Assembly (NCBI GenBank): GCA_965200215.1
Contig: OZ241369.1
Location: forward strand, 1,754-65,753
DNA: 64,000 nt
Reading direction: 5' to 3'
Source: Alphaproteobacteria bacterium
GTDB taxonomy: Bacteria; Pseudomonadota; Alphaproteobacteria; SP197
Part shown: piece after piece, positions 45,751-56,511 of the stretch
Numbering within the stretch: position 1 is the stretch's first letter
How the letters are laid out: each line of letters opens with the position of its first letter
Translations under genes and position numbers: made by a program
The notes under the pieces: model-generated
Databases searched by the model: none
Told to the model about the DNA's origin: nothing
Seen by the model: the letters and a program-made list of their open reading frames with translations, nothing else

Positions 45751-46107
45751 ATGCCGAAGATCAACCCCTTCATCACCCTGTTCTTCGCCATCGCAGCCAT
45801 GAACGTCGTCTTGTTCGGCTGGCAGCGTGCCGACATGACCGCCCTGGAAGCGCGCTTTGCCGCCCTGGAAACTCGCATCGAGGAACGCTTCAACCGCATC
45901 GAAGCCGGACAGGTGGAGCTGCGCGAGCGCATGGTCCGCATCGAAGCCGGACAGACGGAGTTGCGCCAGCGCACGGCCCGCATCGAGGCCGGTCAGGCGG
46001 AGTTGCGCGAGCGCATGGCGCGCATCGAAGGCACGGTCGCCGGCGCCCTGGCCCGCCCCGACCGCCTCGCCCAGGCGCCCACCGAAGAAGCCGAAGCCGC
46101 CAACTGA
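45751..46107 (+). CDS. Small N-terminally membrane-anchored coiled-coil protein with RIEAGQxELR repeats (paralog of 10894..11262).
   Basis: MPKINPFITLFFAIAAMNVVLFGWQRADMTALE...RIEAGQVELRERMVRIEAGQTELRQRTARIEAGQAELRERMARIEGTVAGALARPDRLAQAPTEEAEAAN. Also shares 40 bp of upstream sequence with the 10894 copy. Confidence 0.6.
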   Translation: MPKINPFITLFFAIAAMNVVLFGWQRADMTALEARFAALETRIEERFNRIEAGQVELRERMVRIEAGQTELRQRTARIEAGQAELRERMARIEGTVAGALARPDRLAQAPTEEAEAAN

Positions 46108-46398
46108 AGGGCGCCCCCAGTACCGACCGAGCGTCCCGCCCCCCGGCGGGCCGCCAGGCCCGCCCACACACCGTTCCCCGAGCGCCGGCGTCCCGCCGGC
46201 AAACGGGCCGGAGGCCCGCCAACGCACCACTCGCCACCGCCAGGCACCACTCCCCACCACCCGCTCTCACCGACCACTGGCCACTGGCCACCAGTCAGAG
46301 CGCCGGCGTCCCGCCGGCAACGGGCCGAAGGCCCGTCAACGCACCGCCCCCACCACCAGGCACCATCGCCATTCCCCGCTCTCACTAGCCACTAACCA
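46108..46398 (+). repeat. Dispersed repeat, three core units plus tail, + orientation; the IS is inserted into its tail.
   Basis: GGCGGGCCGCCAGGCCCGCCCACACACC, GAGCGCCGGCGTCCCGCCGGCAAACGGGCCGGAGGCCCGCCAACGCACC and GAGCGCCGGCGTCCCGCCGGCAACGGGCCGAAGGCCCGTCAACGCACC, tail CCGCTCTCACTAGCCACTAACCACTAG. Confidence 0.8.
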
Positions 46399-46399
46399 C

Positions 46400-47251
46400 T
46401 AGGCTCAGGACCCATAAACGGTCTTGAGTATTGTTGTGAGAAGTGGTTCAAGCTCTTCCAGATATAGAGGAGGCTATCATGTCTGACCACCACTTCTGGT
46501 TATCGGATGCCCAGTTCGCCCGCATCCAGCCGCTGTTGCCCAACAAGGTGCGCGGTGTGCCCCGGGTCGATGACCGGCGCGTCATCTCGGGCATCATCCA
46601 CGTCATTCGCAACGGGCTGAGGTGGCGTGACGCGCCGCCTGAATACGGTCCTCACAAGACCCTCTACAACCGCTTCGTGCGCTGGAGCAGGGCTGGCGTA
46701 TTCGGACGCATCTTCGAGGCTCTGGCTGCCGACAGCCGGGCGTCGGGGACGGTGATGATCGACGCCACCTACCTGAAGGCTCACCGGACTGCGGCCAGCC
46801 TGCTCAAAAAGGGGCTTTTCCGCGATGTATCGGGCGTAGCCGAGGCGGCTTGAACTCGAAGCTGCACGCGGTTTGCGACGGCGATGGCAAGCCCTTGATC
46901 CTGCTGCTGACCGAGGGGCAGGCCAGCGACTACCGGGGTGCCGAGGCCATCTTGCCGGCAGTGCCGGACGCCGATGTCCTGATCGCCGACAAGGGCTATG
47001 ACAGCGACCGTTTCCGCCAAGCCCTGGCCGAACGGCGCATCGAGACATGCATCCCCGGACGGGCGAACCGCAAGAGGCCGGTAGAATATGACCCAAAGCT
47101 ATACCAGCGGCGAAACCTCATCGAACGGATGTTCGGAAGGCTCAAGGACTGGAGGCGCATCGCCACACGATACGACCGATGCGCGCACACCTTCTTTAGC
47201 GCTATCTGCATCGCCGCCACCGTCATCTTCTGGTTATGAGTCCTGAGCCTA
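46400..47251 (+). mobile_element. IS5-family (IS427-group) insertion sequence, about 850 bp. Terminal inverted repeats GGCTCAGGAC(C/T)CATAA. Transposase in two ORFs (orfA 46479..46853, orfB 46850..47239) joined by a probable -1 frameshift at CAAAAAG (46805-46811). Inserted at a CTAG site with a TA duplication.
   Basis: Left end ...CTAGGCTCAGGACCCATAAACGG. Right end CCGTTTATGAGTCCTGAGCCTAG (rc matches the left end). orfA MSDHHFWLSDAQFARIQPLLP... has the HTH. orfB ...GGLNSKLHAVCDGDGKPL...ADKGYDS has the DDE motifs. Lower GC than the flanks. Confidence 0.85.
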
Positions 47252-47381
47252 GCCAAAGCGCCGCCGCCCGCCGCCAGGCACCGCCACATCCTCGACCACC
47301 GCCGCCCCGCCCCGTGGCGGCCAGGGCCGGTTCGTGCTAGGCAAGCGGCTGCTCCCCGCAACGCCAGGACCGCCGCCCGCC

Positions 47382-48776
<1,395 letters not shown>

Positions 48777-48795
48777 CCGCCGCCGCCGGCAAGCC

Positions 48796-50448
48796 GTGGC
48801 CGCCCCGCCCGCATCGGCGTCCGCGCGCCTGCTGCCGGCCGCCGTGCTGGCGGTGGCGGCGCTGGTGGCGCTGCCGATCGTGGCCGTGGCGCTGAACCTG
48901 TTCGCCGACAGCGGCGGCCTGTGGCAGCGGCTGGCGGCCCGCGCCCTGCCGGTCTATCTGCTCAACACGGCGGTGCTGCTGGCCGGCGTCGGCCTCGTGG
49001 CGGCCATCGTCGGCACCGGCACCGCCTGGCTGGTGACGGCCTGCGACTTCCCCGGCCGCCGCGCCGTGGAATGGGCGCTGCTGCTTCCCTTCGCCGTGCC
49101 CGCCTATGTGCTGGCCTACGTCTATACCGACCTGCTGGAATTCGCCGGCCCGGTGCAGACGGCACTGCGCGAGGCGTTCGGCTGGTCCAGGGGCGAATAC
49201 TGGTTCCCCGCCATCCGCTCCACCTCCGGGGCCGTCGCCATGCTGTCGCTGGCCCTCTACGCCTATGTCTATCTGCTGGTGCGCGCCGCCTTCCTGGCCC
49301 GCTCGGTGGCGCTGGCCGAGGCGGCGCGCAGCCTGGGGCAGGGGCCGTGGCGGGCCTTCCTGACGGTGGCGCTGCCCATGGCCCGGCCCGGCCTGGCGGC
49401 GGGCCTCGCGCTGGCACTGATGGAGACTCTGGCCGATTTCGGCACCGTGGAGTTCTTCGGCGTGCGCACCTTCACCACCGGCATCTATCGCAGCTGGTTT
49501 CTGCGCGGCTCGCCGGTGGCGGCCGGCCAGCTCGCCAGCGTCCTGATGCTCTTCGTCTTCGCCGTCCTGGCCCTGGAAGCCGCCTCGCGCGGGCGCGCGC
49601 GCTATGCCAGCGGCAACGCCCGCTTCGCCCCGCCCGCCCGCTGCCGCCTGACCGGCTGGAAGGCCGCGCTCGCCGCCCTGGCCTGCTGGCTGCCGGTGGC
49701 GCTGGGCTTCCTGCTGCCGGCCGCCGTGCTGCTCTTCTTGAGCCTGACGCGGGGCGACCGCCTGTTCGGCGCCGCCTTCCTGCCGCTGGCGGCGAACACG
49801 GTGACGGTGGCCTCGCTGGCGGCGCTGCTGGCGCTGGCGGCGGCGCTGTTGCTGGGCTATGGCGGGCGGCTGCGCCCGTTCGCCCGCTGGGCCGCCCGCT
49901 TCGCCACGCTGGGCTATGCCGTTCCCGGCTCGGTGATCGCCGTCGGCGTGCTGCTGCCGCTGGCCCGCTTCGACAACGCCCTCGACGGCTGGATGCGCGC
50001 CGCCTTCGGCGTCTCCACCGGGCTGCTGCTCACCGGTTCCGTCGCCGCCCTGCTGTTCGCCTATGTCGTCCGTTTCCTGGCGGTCGCCTGCAACGCCGTC
50101 GATGCCGGGCTGGCCAGGGTGACGCCCGCCATGGACGACGCCGCCCGCAGCCTGGGCCACGGTCCGGCCTCGACTCTGGCCCGCGTCCACGCGCCGCTGC
50201 TGAAGGGCAGCCTGCTTTCCGGCGCCCTGCTGGTGTTCGTGGACGTGACCAAGGAACTGCCGGCGACGCTGCTGCTGCGCCCCTTCGGCTTCGAGACGCT
50301 GGCCACCAGGGTCTATCGCCTGGCGGCCGACGAGCGCCTCGCGGAAGCCTCGACGGCGGCGCTGGCGATCGTCGCCGTCGGGGCCGTTCCCGTCTTCCTG
50401 CTGTCGCGGGCCATCACCCGCTCGCGCCCGGGCGGCGCCCCGCCGTGA
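48796..50448 (+). CDS. Fe(3+) ABC transporter permease (FbpB-like, fused double TMD).
   Basis: Two repeats of the ABC TMD with EAA-like loops (AARSLGQGPWRAFLTVALPMARPG; AARSLGHGPASTLARVHAPLLKGS). 550 aa. Confidence 0.85.
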   Translation: MAAPPASASARLLPAAVLAVAALVALPIVAVALNLFADSGGLWQRLAARALPVYLLNTAVLLAGVGLVAAIVGTGTAWLVTACDFPGRRAVEWALLLPFAVPAYVLAYVYTDLLEFAGPVQTALREAFGWSRGEYWFPAIRSTSGAVAMLSLALYAYVYLLVRAAFLARSVALAEAARSLGQGPWRAFLTVALPMARPGLAAGLALALMETLADFGTVEFFGVRTFTTGIYRSWFLRGSPVAAGQLASVLMLFVFAVLALEAASRGRARYASGNARFAPPARCRLTGWKAALAALACWLPVALGFLLPAAVLLFLSLTRGDRLFGAAFLPLAANTVTVASLAALLALAAALLLGYGGRLRPFARWAARFATLGYAVPGSVIAVGVLLPLARFDNALDGWMRAAFGVSTGLLLTGSVAALLFAYVVRFLAVACNAVDAGLARVTPAMDDAARSLGHGPASTLARVHAPLLKGSLLSGALLVFVDVTKELPATLLLRPFGFETLATRVYRLAADERLAEASTAALAIVAVGAVPVFLLSRAITRSRPGGAPP

Positions 50449-50499
50449 CGCCGGGGCGGGCGCCGTCACGGCGCGGGCGGGATCGCCGCCGGGGCCCGC

Positions 50500-51522
50500 T
50501 CACTTCCAGCCATTGGCCTCCATGATCTCCAGGGCCAGCGCCCGCCTGGCGCCGAAGGCGGCGGCGTCGATGTCGTCGTCGGCGAAGCTGCCATAGAGGT
50601 CGTCGAGCACCGTGGCATGGGCGATGCCTTCCACCGCCGGCCATTCGTTGTTGCCTTCGGCGAAGGCCCGCTGCGCCTCGTCGCCGGCCAGGAACTCCAG
50701 CAGGGCTATGGCGTTGTCGGCATGGGGCGCGTTGGCGGCGACACCGGCCCCGCTGACGTTGACGTGGACGCCGCGGTCCCCCTGGTTGGGCAGGATGACG
50801 GCGATGTTCTCCGCGATGGCGGCGTCGGCGGCATCGTCGGAGCGCATCAGCCTCGCCAGGTAATAGCTGTTGGCGACGGCGATGTCGCATTCGCCGGCGG
50901 CCACCGCCTTGATCTGGCCGGTGTCGTTGGATTCGGGCTCGCGCGCCATGTTGGCCACCAGTCCGCGCACCCAGGCCGCCGTCGCCTCTTCGCCGTTGGC
51001 CGCGATCAGCGAGGCCACCAGCGACTGGTTGTAGACGTTGCCCGACGAGCGGATGCAGACGCTGCCGGCGAAGCGGGGATCGGCGAGGTCTTCGTAGCGT
51101 TCCAGGCCCGCCGCATCGAAGCCCTTGCGATACATGACGACGCGCGCGCGCCGGGTGAAGGCGAACCACAGGCCGTCTTCGTGGCGCAGATGGGCCGGGA
51201 TGCGCCGCTCGAGCAGGGGCGAGGAGACCGGTCGCAGGAGGCCGCGCCCGGCCGCCTCCATCAGATTGCCGGCATCGACGGTCATGAAGACGTCGGCGGG
51301 GCTGTTGGCGCCCTCGGCGGCCAGGCGCTCGATCAGCGCCCCGGCCTTGCCCTCGACCACGTTGACGGCGATGCCGGTGGCGTTGGTGAAAGCCTCGTAG
51401 AGGGCGGTGTCGCTGTCGTAATGGCGGGAGGTGTAGAGGTTGACCTCGTCCTGGGCGGCACTCGGCGGCGAGGCGAGGGCGGCCGCCAGAACGCAGGCGG
51501 CGAGCGGCAGTCGAAAGCGCAT
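50500..51522 (-). CDS. Fe(3+) ABC transporter periplasmic binding protein (FbpA/AfuA-like).
   Basis: Signal peptide MRFRLPLAACVLAAALASPPSAAQ. NLYTSRHYDSD...VFMTVDAGNL are typical iron SBP motifs. Convergent with the permease; no ATPase gene adjacent. Confidence 0.85.
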   Translation of the reverse strand: MRFRLPLAACVLAAALASPPSAAQDEVNLYTSRHYDSDTALYEAFTNATGIAVNVVEGKAGALIERLAAEGANSPADVFMTVDAGNLMEAAGRGLLRPVSSPLLERRIPAHLRHEDGLWFAFTRRARVVMYRKGFDAAGLERYEDLADPRFAGSVCIRSSGNVYNQSLVASLIAANGEEATAAWVRGLVANMAREPESNDTGQIKAVAAGECDIAVANSYYLARLMRSDDAADAAIAENIAVILPNQGDRGVHVNVSGAGVAANAPHADNAIALLEFLAGDEAQRAFAEGNNEWPAVEGIAHATVLDDLYGSFADDDIDAAAFGARRALALEIMEANGWK

Positions 51523-51599
51523 GGCGCATCTCCAAGGTTTGCGATTGCAAGTGACTTGCAATCTCGAAGAAGGCACCATAAGCCCCCCACAACAACGGC

Positions 51600-51860
51600 G
51601 CAAGGGGGTTAAAACGGCAGCAGCGCCCCGGCTCGAACACGGCCAGGCACCGCCGGTGCCACAGGCCCCGGCGGGCTGAAAGGCCCGCCCCCGCACGAAA
51701 TTCCCCCAAGCGCCAGCGTCCCACCGCCAGGCACCGACCGAGCGTCCCGTCCCCTGGGAGCGCCGGCGTCCCGCCGGCAAACGGGCCGTAAGGCCCGCCA
51801 ACGCACCACCCCTCACCGCCAGGCACCACACCCCACCACCCGCTCTCACCAACCACCAGC
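51600..51860 (+). repeat. Dispersed repeat with degenerate head, two cores and tail; + orientation.
   Basis: GGCTCGAACACGGCCAGGCACCGCC... GGCGGGCTGAAAGGCCCGCC... CCCTGGGAGCGCCGGCGTCCCGCCGGCAAACGGGCCGTAAGGCCCGCCAACGCACC, tail CCGCTCTCACCAACCACCAGCCACC. Confidence 0.78.
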
Positions 51861-51956
51861 CACCGCCCACAACGCCAACCGATCCACCACCAACCTGCTA
51901 CGATAAACGGGCACCAAAACCCGCTGCGGCACCCCGCCGCGCGAAAGGAGTCGGCG

Positions 51957-52993
51957 ATGGCGGCACCGGCGATGGCCGACTGGAACACGGAAGCATTCTG
52001 GAAAACCGCCACGGAGGCGGACGTCTCGCGCTGCCTGGCGGACGGCGCCGACCCGAAGGCGCGAGCCGAGGACGGGATGACACCCCTGCACCATGCGGCG
52101 GCGGGTAGCGCGGCTCCGGCTGTGGTGACGGCGTTGCTTGATGCCGGCGCCGGCCTGGAAGCGCGGGACGAAGGCCGACGGACACCTCTGTACCGGGCGG
52201 CGGCGTTCAGCAAGGCCCCGCTGGTGGTAGTGGCGCTGCTGGACGCCGGCGCCGATCTGGAAGCGCGGGACGAAGTCGGGGGGACACCCCTGCATGTGGC
52301 GGCAGCGCTCAGCAAGGTCCCGGCGGTGGTAGTGGCGCTGCTGGGCGCTGGCGCCGATCTGGAAGCGCGGAGCGGAGGCGGGCTGACACCCTTGCATGTG
52401 GCGGCGGCGCTCAGCAAGGTCCCGGCGGTGGTAGTGACGCTGCTGGGAGCTGGCGCCGATCTGGAAGCGCGGACCGAAGGTGGACAGACACCTCTGCACC
52501 GGGCGGCGGCGTTCAGCAAGGTCCCGGCGGTGGTAGTGGGGTTGCTGGACGCCGGCGCCGATCTGGAAGCGCGGGACGAGGACGGGGCGACGCCCTTGCA
52601 CTATGCAGCGGGGTGGAACAAGACCCCGGCGGTGGCGACGGCGTTGCTGGATGCCGGTGCCGACCCGGCGGCACGGACCGAAGGCGGGCGGACGCCCCTG
52701 CATATAGCGGCGACGTTCAGCAAGACCCCGGTGGTAGTGACGGCGTTGCTGGCCGCTGGCGCCGATCTGGAAGCGCGGGATGAATACGGATGGACGCCTC
52801 TGCATGTGGCGGCGGTGGGCAGCGAGGCCCCCCCTCGGCGGTGGTGACGGCGCTGCTGGCTGCCGGCGCTAACCCGGCGGCGAGAGACGCGGACGGCTGC
52901 ATCCCCTGGGATCTCATCGAGGACGACTCTCCGCTCAAGGGAAGCGACGTCTATCGGCAGTTGAAAGACGCCCGCTTCCAGCGGCGGCGGTGA
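51957..52993 (+). CDS. Ankyrin-repeat protein (8-9 ANK repeats) interrupted by a -1 frameshift in a C7 homopolymer at 52829-52835. A C8 tract would restore a 345-aa ORF.
   Basis: Repeats of the type G(x)TPLH(x)AAxxSKxPAVVVALLxAGADLEARD. Frame 1 stops at 52847 (..GSEAPPRRW*). Frame -1 (52790..52993) continues the ANK consensus (SAVVTALLAAGANPAARDADGCIPWD...). Confidence 0.75.
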
Positions 52994-53084
52994 GCAGGAC
53001 CCTGGCGGTGACAGCGCTGGATGCTGGCGCCGCAAGCAGCATGGCTACGGCCTGCGCCGCCAGCAACGACGGCAGGCGGTAACG

Positions 53085-53290
53085 CCTCGGTTTGAAAATG
53101 GGCAGGTGCCGTTTGCCGCTACTTCCCAGGCGTCCCGCCTCCAGGCACCGACCGAGCGTCCCGCCCCCTGGGAGCGCCGGCGTCCCGCCGGCAAACGGGC
53201 CGAAGGCCCGCCGACACACCGCCCCCACCGCCGGGCACTGCCGCCATTTCCCGCTCTCACTAACCACTGACCACTGACCGAAGCGCCGGC
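53085..53290 (+). repeat. Dispersed repeat (head hairpin + core + tail), + orientation; left boundary of BrnTA cassette copy 1.
   Basis: CGGTTTGAAAATGGGCAGGTGCCGTTTGCC head, GGGAGCGCCGGCGTCCCGCCGGCAAACGGGCCGAAGGCCCGCCGACACACC core, CCGCTCTCACTAACCACTGACCACTGACC tail. Confidence 0.8.
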
Positions 53291-53342
53291 GCGCGAGAGG
53301 CGGCGTAGAAAAACATTGTGATTCTTCGCCCCCGTGCGGCGG

Positions 53343-53600
53343 TCACACAGTGCCGTTTCTCCCGATCCACTCCCGAAGCGCCTCGTCGATCCGCGTCTGC
53401 CAGCCGTGACCTCCGGCCTTGAAGTGATCGATCACGTCCCGCGACAGGCGGATCGTCGTCGATACCTTCGGTTTGGCGACCGGCGGCCGGCCGCGCCGAA
53501 CAGCCGTCTTGGCGAACTTTTCCGGCCAACCGTCTTCGGAAAGGTCAGGCGCGGTGTCCCGATCGAAATCTCGGGCCATAGAGCGTTCGTTCCCGTTCAT
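53343..53600 (-). CDS. brnA: BrnA-family antitoxin (copy 1).
   Basis: RRGRPPVAKPKVSTTIRLSRDVIDHFKAGGHGWQTRIDEALREWI is the BrnA signature (RHH-like). Confidence 0.75.
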   Translation of the reverse strand: MNGNERSMARDFDRDTAPDLSEDGWPEKFAKTAVRRGRPPVAKPKVSTTIRLSRDVIDHFKAGGHGWQTRIDEALREWIGRNGTV

Positions 53601-53833
53601 TGGCTTTCCTCACACTAATGATCCGATGCGCACCGTCGCGCGGTGTCCAGACCAGGACCACCATCGCGCCGTCGAGAAACCCCACGGTGATGAAGCGGTC
53701 CTCAACCATAGTCCCGCCGGTCGTCCTCGATGGTCAGCGTGGCACCCGCGAACACCTCCCCAGCCCGGGCCATATCCAGCCCCCTGACCCTGAGCGTGGC
53801 CGCGCGCTTCGCCGCGTCAAACTCAATCGGCAT
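53545..53833 (-). pseudogene. brnT: BrnT-family (DUF497) toxin gene with a +1 frameshift (extra T in GGT[T]GAG at ~53702); copy 1.
   Basis: N-terminal ORF MPIEFDAAKRAATLRVRGLDMARAGEVFAGATLTIEDDRRDYG* (ends 53702). The BrnT C-terminus continues in the +1 frame: EDRFITVGFLDGAMVVLVWTPRDGAHRIISVRKANERE.... The identical lesion is present in copy 2. Confidence 0.6.
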
Positions 53834-53919
53834 GATTAATGTTACAACACTAAATCTGCTTGTCCAAGAGATTCCTCATTCCCCGGCTAAGGCCGGAAAG
53901 TCAGGGCTTCCTGGGTAGT

Positions 53920-54060
53920 GCCTCGGTTTGAAAATGGGCGGATGGTGTTTGCCACCCCCGGGGCAGGCCGCCCCCGGGAGCGCCGGCGTCCCGCCGGAAA
54001 ACGGGCCGCAAGGCCCGTCAACGCACCACCCGCCCACCGCCAGGCGATCGAGCGGCCGGA
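53920..54060 (+). repeat. Dispersed repeat (head hairpin + core), + orientation; right boundary of BrnTA cassette copy 1.
   Basis: CGGTTTGAAAATGGGCGGATGGTGTTTGCCACC plus CCCGGGAGCGCCGGCGTCCCGCCGGAAAACGGGCCGCAAGGCCCGTCAACGCACC. Confidence 0.78.
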
Positions 54061-54084
54061 GGCATCGCCGGCGGCCATCGGGGG

Positions 54085-54546
54085 CTAGCTGTCGAGCTTG
54101 GGCAGGTCCGGCAGCTGGCCGAACGCGATGCCTTCGTCGCGCAATTGCCGGGCCTGGTCGCGGGTCGCCTGGCCGTAGATGTTGCGCCGCTCGCCCTCGC
54201 CGTAGTGGATCTTGCGCGCCTCCTCGGCGAAACCGGTGCCGACGTCGTCGAAATGACGCTCCACATGCTCCTTCAGGGCGTGCATCATGGCCACGGCACC
54301 GCTCGTCTTTTCCTTGTGCCGGGCGAGCGTCACCCGCTCCTTCCCCTTCGCCTCGGCGGGCGCCTCTCCGCCGGCCCCGCCGCCGGTCGCCACATGGGGA
54401 GCCATCAACGCCTTCTCCACCCTGGTATCGCCGCAGACCGGGCAGGCGATGCCGCCCGCCTCGGCCTGGGCGCGGAAATCGTCGCTGCTGCGGAACCAGC
54501 CCTCGAACACATGGTCCTTGCCGCATTTCACGTCGAAGACGATCAT
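54085..54546 (-). CDS. DUF1178-family zinc-ribbon protein.
   Basis: MIVFDVKCGKDHVFEGWFRSSDDFRAQAEAGGIACPVCGD is the characteristic DUF1178 N-terminus. Confidence 0.8.
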   Translation of the reverse strand: MIVFDVKCGKDHVFEGWFRSSDDFRAQAEAGGIACPVCGDTRVEKALMAPHVATGGGAGGEAPAEAKGKERVTLARHKEKTSGAVAMMHALKEHVERHFDDVGTGFAEEARKIHYGEGERRNIYGQATRDQARQLRDEGIAFGQLPDLPKLDS

Positions 54547-54566
54547 GGCCCGTGCCGACTCCGGCG

Positions 54567-55172
54567 ATGCCACCCGACTATATGGACCTCGCGATGGCGG
54601 CGGACAAGACGGCGCGGGCGGCCGGCCCGGCGCCCAGCCCCTGGATCCTGCGTTTCGCGCCGCAGGTGGCCGCCGGCGGCACGGTGCTGGACGTAGCGGC
54701 CGGCAGCGGCCGCCACGCCCGCCTGTTCCTGGCGCGCGGCCACAGCGTGGTGGCGGTGGACCGCAGGCCGGACGGCCTGGCGGACATCGCCCGCCATCCC
54801 CTGGCCCGCATCGTGAAGGCCGACCTGGAAGACGGCGGCCCCTGGCCCTTCGGCGAGCGGCGCTTCGCGGCCGTGGTGGTGACCAATTACCTCCATCGCC
54901 CGCTGCTGCCCGCATTGGTGGCGGCGGTGGCCACCGGCGGCCACCTGCTCTACGAGACCTTCGCGCGGGGCAACGAGCGCTTCGGCCGCCCCGCCAACCC
55001 CGACTTTCTGCTCCGTCCGGGCGAACTGCTGCGGGCGGTCGCCGGCCAGCTGCGCGTCGTCGCCTATGAGGACCGCATCGTCCGCCGCCCGCGTCCGGCG
55101 GCCGTGCAGAGGATCTGCGCCCGCCGCGAGGGCTACTCCGCCGCTTCGTCCAGCGCCAGCGGCGGCGCATAG
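54567..55172 (+). CDS. Class I SAM-dependent methyltransferase.
   Basis: SAM-binding motif VLDVAAGSGRHARLFLARGHSVVAVD. Confidence 0.75.
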   Translation: MPPDYMDLAMAADKTARAAGPAPSPWILRFAPQVAAGGTVLDVAAGSGRHARLFLARGHSVVAVDRRPDGLADIARHPLARIVKADLEDGGPWPFGERRFAAVVVTNYLHRPLLPALVAAVATGGHLLYETFARGNERFGRPANPDFLLRPGELLRAVAGQLRVVAYEDRIVRRPRPAAVQRICARREGYSAASSSASGGA

Positions 55173-55981
55173 GGCCGGTCGTGCGCCAGGGCGGGGACGG
55201 TCGCCCGCACCCGCGCCACCTCGGCCATATCGACCTCGGCCATGCACAAGCCCGTGCCGACGCCGGCATCGGCGAGCACCCGCCCCCAGGGATCGACGAT
55301 CAGCGAATGGCCGCAGGTGCGCCGCCCGCCGGGATGATGCCCCGTCTGGCAGGCGGCGAAGACGAAGGCGCCGCATTCGATGGCGCGCGCCCGCAGCAGC
55401 ACCTCCCAATGGGCGTCGCCGGTCACCTTGGTGAAGGCGGCCGGCACGCTCAGCAGCACGGCCCCGGCCTTGGCGAGATCGCGGTAGAGATGGGGAAAGC
55501 GCAGGTCGTAGCAGACCGTCATGCCCAGCTTTCCCCAGGGCGTGGACGCCAGCACCGCCTTGCCGCCGGGATGGAACATGGCCGATTCCCGGTAGCGCGA
55601 GCCATCCGGCAGATCCACGTCGAACATGTGGATCTTCTCGTAATCGGCGACCGTGCGCCCGCATCCGTCGAACAGGAAGGCGTGGTTGGCGAGGGTGCCG
55701 TCGGCGCGCAGGGCGGCGACCGAGCCGGCCTGCAGCCATATCCCGGTCTCGGCGGCGACGGCGGCGAAGGCCCGCAGCGCCGGATGGTCGGCGGGGCGGT
55801 GCGCGTTCTCCAGCCGCTCCTCCTCGCTGGCCGCCATCAGGGCGACGTTCTCCGGCAGGCCGACCAGATGAGCGCCTTTCGCCGCCGCTTCGCGCACCAG
55901 GGCGCAGGCGGCGGCGATGTTGGCGTCCATGTCGAGCTGCGCGTTCACCTGCACGCAGGCGATTTTCAGAGGGGCGCTCAT
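55133..55981 (-). CDS. Carbon-nitrogen hydrolase (nitrilase superfamily amidohydrolase).
   Basis: Catalytic E (GLPE), K (YEKIHMFD) and C (TVCYDLRFP) triad. Confidence 0.85.
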   Translation of the reverse strand: MSAPLKIACVQVNAQLDMDANIAAACALVREAAAKGAHLVGLPENVALMAASEEERLENAHRPADHPALRAFAAVAAETGIWLQAGSVAALRADGTLANHAFLFDGCGRTVADYEKIHMFDVDLPDGSRYRESAMFHPGGKAVLASTPWGKLGMTVCYDLRFPHLYRDLAKAGAVLLSVPAAFTKVTGDAHWEVLLRARAIECGAFVFAACQTGHHPGGRRTCGHSLIVDPWGRVLADAGVGTGLCMAEVDMAEVARVRATVPALAHDRPYAPPLALDEAAE

Positions 55982-56238
55982 GCGGCCTCGCCCAGCCTGG
56001 CGTCCAGCAGGCCGTCGCGCTCCAGCGCGTGCAGCTCGTCGCAGCCGCCCACCGGCTCGCCGTCGATCACGACCTGCGGCACGGTGCGGGCGCCGCACAA
56101 CGCCTCCATCTCGGCGCGCCGGGCGGCATCCATCGTCACGTCGATCTCGCGAAAGGCGACGCCCTTGGCGCGCAACAGGCGCTTCGCCCGCTCGCAGAAC
56201 GGGCACAGAATGCCAGTATAGACGACCACCTCGGCCAT
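55978..56238 (-). CDS. grxC: Glutaredoxin 3.
   Basis: VVVYTGILCPFCERAKRLL (CPFC active site) ... TVPQVVIDG. Confidence 0.9.
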   Translation of the reverse strand: MAEVVVYTGILCPFCERAKRLLRAKGVAFREIDVTMDAARRAEMEALCGARTVPQVVIDGEPVGGCDELHALERDGLLDARLGEAA

Positions 56239-56284
56239 GGGCCGAAACTAAGGCATGGCCCGCCCACCCGCAAGTGGGCAGTGC

Positions 56285-56460
56285 CCCGGTTTGAAAATGG
56301 GTAGGCGCCATTCACCGCCATCCCCAGGCGCCCCCCTGGGAGCGCCGGCGTCCCGCCGGCAAACGGGCCAAAGGCCCGTCAACGCACTGCCCCCACCGCC
56401 AGGCACTACCGCCATTTTCCCGCTCTCACTAACCACTAACCACTGACCAAAGCGCCGGCG
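56285..56460 (+). repeat. Dispersed repeat (head hairpin + core + tail), + orientation; left boundary of BrnTA cassette copy 2.
   Basis: CGGTTTGAAAATGGGTAGGCGCCATTCACCGCC, GGGAGCGCCGGCGTCCCGCCGGCAAACGGGCCAAAGGCCCGTCAACGCAC, CCGCTCTCACTAACCACTAACCACTGACC. Confidence 0.8.
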
Positions 56461-56511
56461 CGCGAGAGGCGGCGTAGAAAAACATTGTGATTCTTCGCTC
56501 CCGTGCGGCGG

